From sequence record DRR723986_4705: a stretch of DNA of 33,931 bases; one strand, written 5' to 3'. Positions 1 through 8,508 of the stretch are shown piece after piece. The stretch's first letter is position 1; the number at the start of each line of letters is the position of its first letter. The notes below the pieces were generated by a model that worked only from the letters and a program-made list of their open reading frames with translations, had not been told where the DNA came from and searched no databases. Both the position numbers and the translations under genes were made by a program.

Positions 1-27
1 AGGGTTCGAATCCCTCGCTCTCCGCCA
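1..27 (+). tRNA. tRNA-Ser, 3' part only (truncated by window edge; anticodon not visible)
   Basis: AGGG-TTCGAAT-CCCTC T-arm, acceptor 3' strand GCTCTCC, discriminator G, CCA end. The implied G1-C72/G2-C71/A3-U70 pairs and G73 are tRNA-Ser identity elements. Confidence 0.88.
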
Positions 28-68
28 TAAATGAATAGGGCCCCAGCAGGGGCCCTATTCATTTATGG
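25..68. terminator. Long hairpin after tRNA-Ser (terminator-like)
   Basis: Perfect 20-bp inverted repeat CCATAAATGAATAGGGCCCC (25-44) / GGGGCCCTATTCATTTATGG (49-68) with loop AGCA. Confidence 0.7.
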
Positions 69-213
69 TGAAGTGTGAGGACTTGGTTCGAACCCTCCGG
101 TTCGACAAAACGCGACCAAAGGAGCGTTTTGGACGAGGAGCCGAAGGCGACGAAGCCCGCGAAGCGGGTCACAACGGCCCAAAGGCCGGTGTGATCAATC
201 CCTCGCTCTCCGC

Positions 214-260
214 CATAAACAGAAAAGGGCTGCCCGTAGGGCGGCCCTTTTTTGTTTATG
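214..260. terminator. Bidirectional rho-independent terminator-like hairpin
   Basis: 22-bp stem with two G-T pairs and a GTA loop. The GC core GGGCTGCCC/GGGCGGCCC is flanked by an A-tract and a T-tract. Confidence 0.75.
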
Positions 261-446
261 CAGGTGAGTGGGATCTGGATGAGAACCCCGTTCGACAAAC
301 TCTCCCCAGGGGAGAGTTTGGACGAGGAGCGCAGCGACTAAGCCCCGCAGGGGTCAGAACAGCCCCTGGGCTGATCTGATCAATCCCTCGCCCGGAGTGT
401 CGAGATTAATCCGAGCGCTCGCTCAGAGCAGGGCATTCGTGCTACC

Positions 447-466
447 TCGAAGCCCTCACTCTCCGC
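447..466 (+). repeat. Degenerate additional copy of the tRNA-Ser 3' end
   Basis: TCGAAGCCCTCACTCTCCGC matches tRNA 6-25 TCGAATCCCTCGCTCTCCGC at 18/20 positions. Confidence 0.7.
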
Positions 467-501
467 TGCTGCGCAATGCTCGCAGAAAGCCCGTGTATAT
501 C

Positions 502-2208
502 TCAGCGCGCCGGAGCGACAAACTCGCCCGGCATATCGCCGGTGGGTGCGCCCTCAGTAAACGTTGTCACACCATTCACCATCGTCAGGCGCATGGGCGC
601 GGGGTCGCGGGTCCAGCGCCAGGTGGTGCCACCCTTGCCATCCGGCACATCAAAGATTTTGTATTTCTCCCGGCGCTCAATTTCATCCAGATTGAATACC
701 GTAATATCGGCGCGCTTACCCACACCGATAACGCCGCGATCGCCAAAACCGAAGTGATCCGCCAGCTTGCCGGTCTGGCAGTGAACTGCCTCTTCAACAG
801 TCAGCTTGCCGGTACGCACATAGTCCGTATATAGCAACAAGTTGTCACCGCTGCCGCAGAACAGCTGCCCGTGAGCACCGCTGTCATTGATATTGCCGAC
901 GGCTTTGGCATCTCGGGTCAGGCTGACCACCATGTCGTCGTCCAGATTCCAGGGTGGCATGGTCACGGTCGATGATAGCCCGTTATTAATGAACCACTCG
1001 GCAAGGGCGTCTGAGGCATGCACGCCAAGCTCGGCCGCATAGTCGCCAAGGGTGATGCCCTGGGGACCGACATCCTTCTCCGGGTTGTCCAGCAAGATGG
1101 GTTCGGGGTTACGGAAAAAAGAGGTTTCCAGCGACTCATTGTCCCAGGAGTGACGCGCTCGTTCACGCCAGTCGGGATCCGCCAGCAGCGCCAGCTTGGC
1201 CTCATCGGTCTCGGCCGTGACAACCTCATGCCAAACATACTCATTGGACTGGGCAAACAGCAGCGACTGGCGGATGCTCGCGGTCACAGTGATCGGCACG
1301 TGGGCATAGCCGGTCCAGAAGTCGCGCCCTTCTTTTGCAAATCTCTCGTGCAGCGCCACATAGGGTTCCTGCAGACCATAGTCCTTTTGCCACTGCAGGG
1401 TCGGTACACCCGCCCACTGCACGCGCACATCCAGCCCTTCGGTCAGTCGCGCGATGCGCTCCATTGTCTGGTCACCGGTAAAGCGCATCAGGGTATCGAT
1501 AATCACCTGCACCGTCGCGCCGGGGTAACGGGTCATTACTTCGAACAGGGCAATGAGTTCCGCATCGTCAGCGAGCATGGACGGGATGGGGCGATCTTCC
1601 CCGTCGTGATCCAGGAAATTGGTAGACAGGCCCAGGGCACCCGCTGCCAGTGCGTCATCCAGCAGCGCGGCTATCTGCTCGGTCTCTTCCGGCGTCGCGG
1701 CACGCTCCCATGCTTCCATACCCATCACTGCCAATCTCAGGGCGATATGGCCGACGAAGCTGCCATAATTCGCCGGCAGGCGGCACTGACTGGTCATGGA
1801 CTGCTTGTACTCCGACCAGGTACGCCAATCCCAGGGCAGGCTGCTGAAAAACGGGGGCTCCGGAATATCCTCGAAGAAGGAAAAGATCTTGACCACCTCG
1901 GCCCGCACTTCCGGATCTTCATGCACCGGCGCGAGGGCGAAACCGCAGTTGCCCATTACTACCGTGGTTACACCGCATCCAGGCAGGGGATCGAGGTCCG
2001 GCTGCCACCACATAATGCCGTCGAAGTGGGTGTGGCTTTCGATCAGTCCCGGCGTCACATAGCAGCCGTCGGCATGGAACACCTCTTCTCCGGGAGCAGC
2101 CTGTAATCCGGCACCGATCTCCGCGATCAGCCCGTCCGCGACGCGCACATCGCCCGCATAGGGCGCGGCGCCCGTGCCATCGACTACTGTTCCGCCCTTG
2201 ATCAACAT
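502..2208 (-). CDS. N-acyl-D-amino-acid deacylase family amidohydrolase
   Basis: 568 aa; N-terminus LIKGGTVVDGTG, PGLIESHTHFD metal motif, GNCG, C-terminal RGVIGVGKRADITVF; GGAG RBS upstream. Confidence 0.85.
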   Translation of the reverse strand: MLIKGGTVVDGTGAAPYAGDVRVADGLIAEIGAGLQAAPGEEVFHADGCYVTPGLIESHTHFDGIMWWQPDLDPLPGCGVTTVVMGNCGFALAPVHEDPEVRAEVVKIFSFFEDIPEPPFFSSLPWDWRTWSEYKQSMTSQCRLPANYGSFVGHIALRLAVMGMEAWERAATPEETEQIAALLDDALAAGALGLSTNFLDHDGEDRPIPSMLADDAELIALFEVMTRYPGATVQVIIDTLMRFTGDQTMERIARLTEGLDVRVQWAGVPTLQWQKDYGLQEPYVALHERFAKEGRDFWTGYAHVPITVTASIRQSLLFAQSNEYVWHEVVTAETDEAKLALLADPDWRERARHSWDNESLETSFFRNPEPILLDNPEKDVGPQGITLGDYAAELGVHASDALAEWFINNGLSSTVTMPPWNLDDDMVVSLTRDAKAVGNINDSGAHGQLFCGSGDNLLLYTDYVRTGKLTVEEAVHCQTGKLADHFGFGDRGVIGVGKRADITVFNLDEIERREKYKIFDVPDGKGGTTWRWTRDPAPMRLTMVNGVTTFTEGAPTGDMPGEFVAPAR

Positions 2209-2516
2209 ACCCTGTACTCCCAGCGATTCATTAGAGTCTGTAGTTTTCCAGATAGGGAAACGTTTTTTAGCTCAGGCCAAAGATGCTCACGGCTGAGTCG
2301 CCTGGGATCAAGTTGCGAGGTCTCAATCGAGCAATTGTCAGACCCGATTAGACCAGACAGTATCCGTTATTGAACCACGCTATAGGGCGCGCCATCCCCG
2401 GGCACCGGTCGTTCCTGTGGCTATCGTGGCCAATGAGCCGGTAAGTCTGTCTGCAGGGTATGATCGTGGCGCGTGGAATGGGCCTTCACCAAACGGCGCC
2501 AGGAGACTGGCCCAGA

Positions 2517-3683
2517 TTAGCGACAGCGAACAAAGGATAGAGTGCCCTCCCAGCCGGGTCCCCCGCTGGCACGGAGAATGCCGCCAGCGAGGGCTACCCC
2601 GTGCGAGCTCATTCCTCGTGCTGATTTGGGTACCAGCAGACGCTGTGTCAGATCTGGACCCAGCAGGACAAAATCATTGTGATCGGGGCCCTGTTCCCCT
2701 TTGGATCTGCGAAGAACCATGACGTCCTCGCTGGCTGAGCTGGCAAAATCGCCAACGACCATTGCCACCGCAATCCCGTCATCGCGGGGCTTGATACGAA
2801 TTTTCGATGCCCTGCGAAAACGGCAGGATGTGGGTGAGCAGGAAACCGTGAGGCGTTCCAGCGCGCTTTCGCCCAGCAGTAAAATGGACAGTGTGCCGTC
2901 CTGGCTATGAGGGTCTGCGTGGAAAAACTGGAGATCCTGCACCCAGTCGTCAGTTATGGTGTGTTTCTCAAACGATCCCCCATCGCGCTATAGCCAGAGC
3001 TCAGCGCCTTCTTCTTCTCCGCATAACGCGAAATCATCAAAACCATCGTCATTGACATCGGCGATGGCGACACAGCGTCCACCCGCCCTGTGGGGCAGGA
3101 TCTGCTCAATACGAAATTCAGAATCAGTAAGCCTGCCCACGAATGACTCGTTGAATCCGTCATCGTTTCGTTTGCCCCAGACGGTTATCAGGAGGCGGGC
3201 ATCAGTTGCGCTGCCCGGTTCCAGTGTTCTTATGAGTCGGCTCCTTAGAGTGGGTAATTTTGCGGTCTCGGGAATGTCAGCCAGGCGGAAATCCTGCCCG
3301 TCTTTTCGCTCGTAGAGCCTGTTGGGGTCGCCGCCTGCCTGACCCTGCTTGCCGCCGGCGATGCAGAACGGGCGCTCGGTGCCGGGTTCGTCTTTGCCAA
3401 GGATCGTACAGCTATGACGATCCCTGGCGTAGGGCAATACCGTGCTGCCAGTGGTCCAGATCCCGTTATGTAACATGACCGACCTATCGGCTTTTCCGCC
3501 GCCAGTATGCCCGAGGGGAAGCGCCTCTGAGCGCTTACCAGGGACATCCTGCAAAACAATCAGGTCGGTGAGTCGCCTGTCAGCCAGGGGTAGCTCTTCA
3601 ACGGAACAGGCCCCGACACTGGAATCGGAGTCACAGCTGGCAAGGGCTGACAGGAGTAACGCGGTCGCCAAACGCGATTTCAT
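2517..3683 (-). pseudogene. Lipoprotein with FG-GAP/VCBS-like repeat, interrupted by one in-frame TAG (2988-2990)
   Basis: ORFs 2988..3683 and 2517..2942 share a frame; read-through gives ...ELWL*RDGGSFEKHTITDDWVQDL... Lipobox LASC; Ca-binding-like motif IADVNDDGFDD. Confidence 0.7.
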
Positions 3684-3964
3684 CTACTTGTAACCGACCC
3701 CAGCATAAAAATGGAAAGATACACCTGATCAGGCTCGGGAGCTACGGTAGCCGCTTTATGGGAGCCAGAGCGCCTGGAAGACGACTTGCGCAACGTTGCT
3801 GCATTAGCTGGTCCAGGCCTCGCAGGTGCGACGGCAGGGCAAATCCATTCCTGCGATAACAGAGTCAACGCAACTCGGCCGGAGACACAATGTCTTGGGC
3901 GGTAAGTTTGTTATCTTAATATGACATCGATAGAATTGGCCGTCAGTTCGCACTACATTTCGCT

Positions 3965-5620
3965 ATGAACGAATCAAATCCAGCAGATCATCTTCTGATC
4001 CGCCAGTTGCGCGCGGAGTTGTCTGAACTTAAAGAGAAGCTGCAAGCGTATGAGGCGCCGGGCACCGATACACCATCTGGTGGCCATCTAGACCCAGCCA
4101 CCTCATACGAGCTCATTCTTGAGCTGAGTTCGCGGATCGCAGGACTGGGTTATGCCATCTGGGATCACGGCCTCGACCGAGATATCTATGTATCCGATGA
4201 ACTCGCCAGTATTTACGGCATGGGTGCTGCCGAGTACATGGAAAGAATCTCCAGCCTTGATGCCTACATCAGCCTTGTTCATCCTGAGGACAGGGATGGG
4301 TACGCTGAATACGAAAAAAACCTTGGCAAGTATCGAGGAGAAGCGCCGTTCTCGCACGATTACCGCATTATCAGGTATGAGAATGATGTCCGCTATGTGA
4401 GAGAGTCAGCGGTTTTCTTCCCGGACGAATCGGGGCTTCGCTCTCGAACGCTCGTTGTCATTCAGGATTTGACCGAGGCGAAGAGTCGAGAAATCAAGGC
4501 CATCGAAAATCAAGCGGCCCTTGCAAAAGTGCAGACGCTGTTACTCCAGGCCACTGATCTGGCGGGATTGGGGTATTGCGTATTCGATGATGATAGCAAG
4601 ACCTACGTCGAGGTTTCGGACGGCTTTGCGGGCATCTTTGGTTATACAGCGGAAGAGTTTTTGAAAGACATCAATACGCTGGAAGAGAACCTCAAACTCA
4701 TTCACCCGGCAGACCGGAAAAAGTTTGAGGATTTTTTTCTGGGTCAGACCATTGGTACTGATGCGCAAGAGTATCGCGTAGTCAGGCGTGACGGACAGAC
4801 CAGGTATATCCTGGAAACGCTGTCTCCCGTGCCGGGAAGAAACTACTTGCTAGTCTCGGCTCAGGATATAACAGCAAGAAGGCTGGCTGAGGCACAGCTC
4901 ATCCAGTCATCCAAACTTGCTTCTCTCGGAGAGATGGCTGCCAGCATTGCGCATGAGATTAACCAGCCCCTGCATGTGATAGCCCTGGCGGCGGAAAATA
5001 TAAGGGCGGCCCTTAATCAAGGCGCAGTGCAACAGCCTTGGATCGAAGCAAAACTGGAACGCATTTATGCCCAGACCCAGCGGGCATCAAAGATTATCGA
5101 TCACTTGAGGACTTTTGCCCGCGATACGTCCGCGGAGGAAGAATTATTTGATCCTTGCGATGCAGTGATCGAATCAATAGACCTGATGCGCGAGCAACTG
5201 CGGCTGGCGGGAATAGGTATCAAGGAAAGCTTTGGTGCGCGGGAGTATCAAGTTAAAGGCAGTAAGATCCGATTGGAGCAGGTGATCGTCAACTTGCTGT
5301 CCAACGCACAGTATGCAATTAAACAACATGACGATGAGCGCAAGGACATTGAGATAGCTGTAGACAAAGACCCGGGTGGCTTTATCTCTATCTCATGTGC
5401 TGATACCGGAGGCGGCGTTGCCAGTGAGCTGATACCCAATATTTTCGAGCCCTTCGTGACAGGAAAGCCGGTCTCTGAGGGCGCAGGGCTAGGTTTGTCT
5501 GTGAGCTACGGCATAATCAAGGAAATGGGCGGCACCATCGAAGCCGAAAACAGCAACGATGGGCTGATAGTCAAAATATTGCTCCCGGAGGCAAGTGCTG
5601 AGACCGATCTCTCGCTCTAG
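3965..5620 (+). CDS. Cytoplasmic PAS-PAS sensor histidine kinase (NtrB/DctB-like HisKA + HATPase)
   Basis: H-box AHEINQPL, N-box EQVIVNLLSNA, G1 DTGGG, F-box IFEPF, G2 GAGLGLS. Two PAS repeats (VHPEDR, IHPADR); no TM helix evident. Confidence 0.92.
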   Translation: MNESNPADHLLIRQLRAELSELKEKLQAYEAPGTDTPSGGHLDPATSYELILELSSRIAGLGYAIWDHGLDRDIYVSDELASIYGMGAAEYMERISSLDAYISLVHPEDRDGYAEYEKNLGKYRGEAPFSHDYRIIRYENDVRYVRESAVFFPDESGLRSRTLVVIQDLTEAKSREIKAIENQAALAKVQTLLLQATDLAGLGYCVFDDDSKTYVEVSDGFAGIFGYTAEEFLKDINTLEENLKLIHPADRKKFEDFFLGQTIGTDAQEYRVVRRDGQTRYILETLSPVPGRNYLLVSAQDITARRLAEAQLIQSSKLASLGEMAASIAHEINQPLHVIALAAENIRAALNQGAVQQPWIEAKLERIYAQTQRASKIIDHLRTFARDTSAEEELFDPCDAVIESIDLMREQLRLAGIGIKESFGAREYQVKGSKIRLEQVIVNLLSNAQYAIKQHDDERKDIEIAVDKDPGGFISISCADTGGGVASELIPNIFEPFVTGKPVSEGAGLGLSVSYGIIKEMGGTIEAENSNDGLIVKILLPEASAETDLSL

Positions 5621-6045
5621 TCCTTGCAGTTCATGTACACCGCCAACAGGCTCGCAGGCTCCGTGCCTGCGTTGTAGCCATGGTGGGTAACGTGCATAGC
5701 CTCCATCATGGCTTCGCCTGCCTTATACACATTGCTTACCCCGGTAGCGTAATCGACGCTGACAGCACCCGAGAGGATATAGGCATAGAGCGGAGTCAGG
5801 TGCTGGTGTGGTTTGCCGGTTTCTCCGGGAGCCATGGTAATCACCTCTGACAGAATCACCGGCGTGCAATCAGGGTAGGACAGGGGCCTGCCCAGGACAT
5901 CTGTGCTCGTTTCCAGGAGCAGTTGTGCAGGGTAACCGCCGGGAACGGCTTTTGATGACGGCTCCGCAGTTAAAGTGCTACTGAGCAGTGTCAGTGCCAG
6001 CCCGACGACTCTCGCAGCGCTGCCCGGTGTCAGCGAAATATTCAT
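5617..6045 (-). CDS. Exported cupin domain protein
   Basis: Cupin motifs HQH..PLYAYILSG and E....HHGYN; hydrophobic signal-like N-terminus. ATG 6045 has an AAGGGG RBS (alternative start 6066). Confidence 0.8.
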   Translation of the reverse strand: MNISLTPGSAARVVGLALTLLSSTLTAEPSSKAVPGGYPAQLLLETSTDVLGRPLSYPDCTPVILSEVITMAPGETGKPHQHLTPLYAYILSGAVSVDYATGVSNVYKAGEAMMEAMHVTHHGYNAGTEPASLLAVYMNCKD

Positions 6046-6105
6046 CAATACCCCTTCGTGAGTCATAGTAAGTACTTGATTAGGATCGTGTGAGGTGGTT
6101 AAAAG

Positions 6106-7230
6106 TCAGGAAGAGCCGGAGCTATTCAGGGCGTCTTCCCATACTGTGTGCCAGTAAGCCAGGAGGCATTCGTTACTGCCAAAGGTCAGCTGTTTGCCGG
6201 GCTTTAGTCCGCGCTGGGTCTGCTCGGCCATGGGTAGGTCCTCGCCGAAAAAGACCTCGCCGCCAAAGTTATAGGCGTCGACAGCGCTCTGGTGAGGTAT
6301 ATGTTGCCATCTCAGGCCGCTGTAGATCACGCGTGACCGGCCCGCATCCGAGCAAGGTTCGCACCTGATCATCTGGGCTCCGGAGGCATTGACGATAATC
6401 ATTACGCCCGGGAACAGCGTGTAGGTCCGCGAGCCCTGCAGCTCATCGGGCCACTGCGATTCGGGGAGCTCCTGCAGCTCGGTAATGGTTCTTAACGGGA
6501 AGGCCCAGCGTGTGTGGTGGCCCAAAAAGTCGAAAATCGGTTTGTCCAGGAGCAGGGCGGCTACCGAATCCCGGTGCAGCACGTTGAAGTGGTAGCTCTC
6601 CAGGCTTAGCTCGGTGATCAGCTTCCAGTTTGCCGATACCAGCGTCTCGCGTCTGCCCAGGGCTACGCCTGATGAGAGTTCGAGCGCCATCAGCTCGTCT
6701 GCGAGCGGCCCGAGAAAGGCGTTTACTGAGTCAGGCGTGTCGCTTCCCCCCGGTATGAGCAGGATCAAGCCTGCCATTTCGACGACATCAACCGGGTATA
6801 AGTCGGTATCGTCGCCATCGGCGAAACAGTCGGCGGCGGGCCTGCCTCTCAGTTCACCGGATAGGGCGTAGGTCCAGCCGTGGAACGGGCAGCTGATGGT
6901 CCTGGCCTGGCCAGCGCTCTCGACCAGCACGGTACCGCGGTGCCTGCAGCTGTTGAAAAAGCCGTGCAGCTCGCCGTCCCCATCCCGGGTAAGGATCAGC
7001 AGATCATCCAGGACCTCTACCGGCAGGTAGCTGTTGGGTTCTGGCAACTCCGCCGAGAATGCAATGACCTGTGGACTCTGTAAAAAGAGCTGCTTGCGCT
7101 CCTGCGCGTTGCGCGCGCTGTCCAGATAGCTATCCGTGTATACCTGCGTGGCATTTCCAGGCGAAGGCTGGCCAGATTTATCCAGGACGGCCTGTAACAG
7201 CCGTTTGTTCATTTCCCGCACGATGTTCAT
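6106..7230 (-). CDS. Rieske non-heme iron aromatic ring-hydroxylating oxygenase, alpha subunit
   Basis: Rieske motif CRHRG...CPFHGW, NWK motif, mononuclear Fe motif ESYHFNVLH, C-terminal ED. Confidence 0.92.
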   Translation of the reverse strand: MNIVREMNKRLLQAVLDKSGQPSPGNATQVYTDSYLDSARNAQERKQLFLQSPQVIAFSAELPEPNSYLPVEVLDDLLILTRDGDGELHGFFNSCRHRGTVLVESAGQARTISCPFHGWTYALSGELRGRPAADCFADGDDTDLYPVDVVEMAGLILLIPGGSDTPDSVNAFLGPLADELMALELSSGVALGRRETLVSANWKLITELSLESYHFNVLHRDSVAALLLDKPIFDFLGHHTRWAFPLRTITELQELPESQWPDELQGSRTYTLFPGVMIIVNASGAQMIRCEPCSDAGRSRVIYSGLRWQHIPHQSAVDAYNFGGEVFFGEDLPMAEQTQRGLKPGKQLTFGSNECLLAYWHTVWEDALNSSGSS

Positions 7231-7301
7231 TGTTCAGTAAGCTGTTTGTATGAAAGGCAGTTGCCGCCGCGCCAGAATAGTCATCCCGCGACGCTCCCCG
7301 C

Positions 7302-8444
7302 TCACGCGCTTATTGTCAGCGCAGCATAGCCGCGCGCCCAGTGTGACAGACGCCAGCGCGCTTCCGTTATTTGGTAGTTCGGGTATTTCTGTAAAAGCCG
7401 TGGAAAGTAGGCTTTGGCCTCAGCGCGGGCCAGGTGTTGCCCGATACATTTGTGCAGCCCGAAGCCCAGAGCCAACTGGTCGATGTTAGGGCGTTCGATA
7501 TCGAAGGTTTCCGGGTCTGGGTAGTGATCCGGATCGTGATTGGCCGCGGCAAACATCAGGCTGATTTCAGACCCTTTCGGGATGGTAATGCCGTGCAGCT
7601 CGAGATCCGCTGTCAGGCGTCTCGGCAGGCCCTGGGCAGGCGACTCCATTCGCAGCATTTCTTCCACGGCACCATCAAGGAGTTCGGGTTTGTCGATCAG
7701 GCGTTGGCGCTGTTCGGGAAACCGTGCCAGTAGTCCGGTGCCGTTGCCCAGCAGGTTAATGGTGGTATCGACGCCGGCAAAGCCCAGGCAGTTGGCAAAA
7801 ATAGTGACTTCCTCTGTCGTCATCTCGCCGCTGGCCTCGCGGGCGATCAGCCAGCTGAGATGGTCGTCACCCGGCTTGCGTCGCTTCTCCTCCAGAACCT
7901 GCTGAATCAGGGCGGCAAAATCATCGAGCACTTTGAGGGCAATGAGCGGTCCGGCCTCGTTTTCAGTGGCTGGATCGACGCCCATCAGGATCTCGCCGAT
8001 GTCATACCAGTGATCTGCCTCCGATTCCGGGAAACCGAGGAAACGGGTCATGAACAACTGTGGCAGAGGCCTGATGACCGCGTTATAGAGATCGATCTCC
8101 CCGCCAGCGGGTAACGCTTGAAATAACTCGTCAAGAATCGATTCGACGGTGGGCCGTAACGTGTCTACTACCCCGCGGGAAAATTCCGGCAGGATGGATT
8201 TACGTATCGAGCGGTGTAATTCACCGTCGGTGGTTGCCAGTGACGGGATGTAACTGTGGCCGGTGTCCCCGTTGAGTGTGCCCTCGGGGTGGCGCAGGAG
8301 CCGTCGGACGTCTTCGTAGCGGGTTATCATCCAGATGTTGCGACTTTCGTCAAAATAAACCGGGTGCTGCTGCCTGAGCGACGCGTATCGGTTGTAGATA
8401 TCGTTGTGATAATCCGCAGACAGTACGTCAACAATCTGGGTCAT
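7302..8444 (-). CDS. Cytochrome P450
   Basis: I-helix AGVDTT, ExxR (EMLR), heme-binding GFGLHKCIG. Start moved to ATG 8444, which has GGAGG 8 nt upstream. Confidence 0.93.
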   Translation of the reverse strand: MTQIVDVLSADYHNDIYNRYASLRQQHPVYFDESRNIWMITRYEDVRRLLRHPEGTLNGDTGHSYIPSLATTDGELHRSIRKSILPEFSRGVVDTLRPTVESILDELFQALPAGGEIDLYNAVIRPLPQLFMTRFLGFPESEADHWYDIGEILMGVDPATENEAGPLIALKVLDDFAALIQQVLEEKRRKPGDDHLSWLIAREASGEMTTEEVTIFANCLGFAGVDTTINLLGNGTGLLARFPEQRQRLIDKPELLDGAVEEMLRMESPAQGLPRRLTADLELHGITIPKGSEISLMFAAANHDPDHYPDPETFDIERPNIDQLALGFGLHKCIGQHLARAEAKAYFPRLLQKYPNYQITEARWRLSHWARGYAALTISA

Positions 8445-8508
8445 TTGGACGTCCTCCGGCACAGAGCGAGTAGCTACAATATCGCGAAGCAAGGCGATTG
8501 CCTACTGC

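Larger units (their letters stand above)
9..391 (+). repeat. tRNA-linked structured repeat array: two ~185-188 bp units delimited by copies of the tRNA 3' end
   Basis: AATCCCTCGCTCTCCGCCATAAA is exact at 9-31 and 197-219; AATCCCTCGC recurs at 382-391. Shared internal blocks GAACCC, GTTCGACAAA, TTTGGACGAGGAGC and TGATCAATCCCTCGC occur in both units. Confidence 0.9.

Noticed and set aside
59-379. ORFs 65..379 (+) and 59..298 (-) across the tRNA-linked repeats
   Set aside because: No RBS or recognisable domain; they run through terminator hairpins, and the conservation pattern fits base pairing rather than codons.
9-466. CRISPR interpretation of the recurring 19-23 bp sequence
   Set aside because: The repeat is the tRNA 3' end, the intervening segments are about 165 bp and homologous to each other, and no cas genes are present.
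1018-2106. 362-aa + strand ORF
   Set aside because: Antisense shadow of the amidohydrolase gene; common in GC-rich DNA and has no motifs.
2988-2990. Pyrrolysine or genome-wide TAG recoding
   Set aside because: TAG terminates several intact genes here (e.g. at 5620, 10860, 20910, 28055) and no pyl machinery is seen.
6069-6081. IHF-consensus match on the minus strand (AATCAAGTACTTA)
   Set aside because: A single degenerate match in a short intergenic gap with no associated sigma54 promoter or att site; could be chance.
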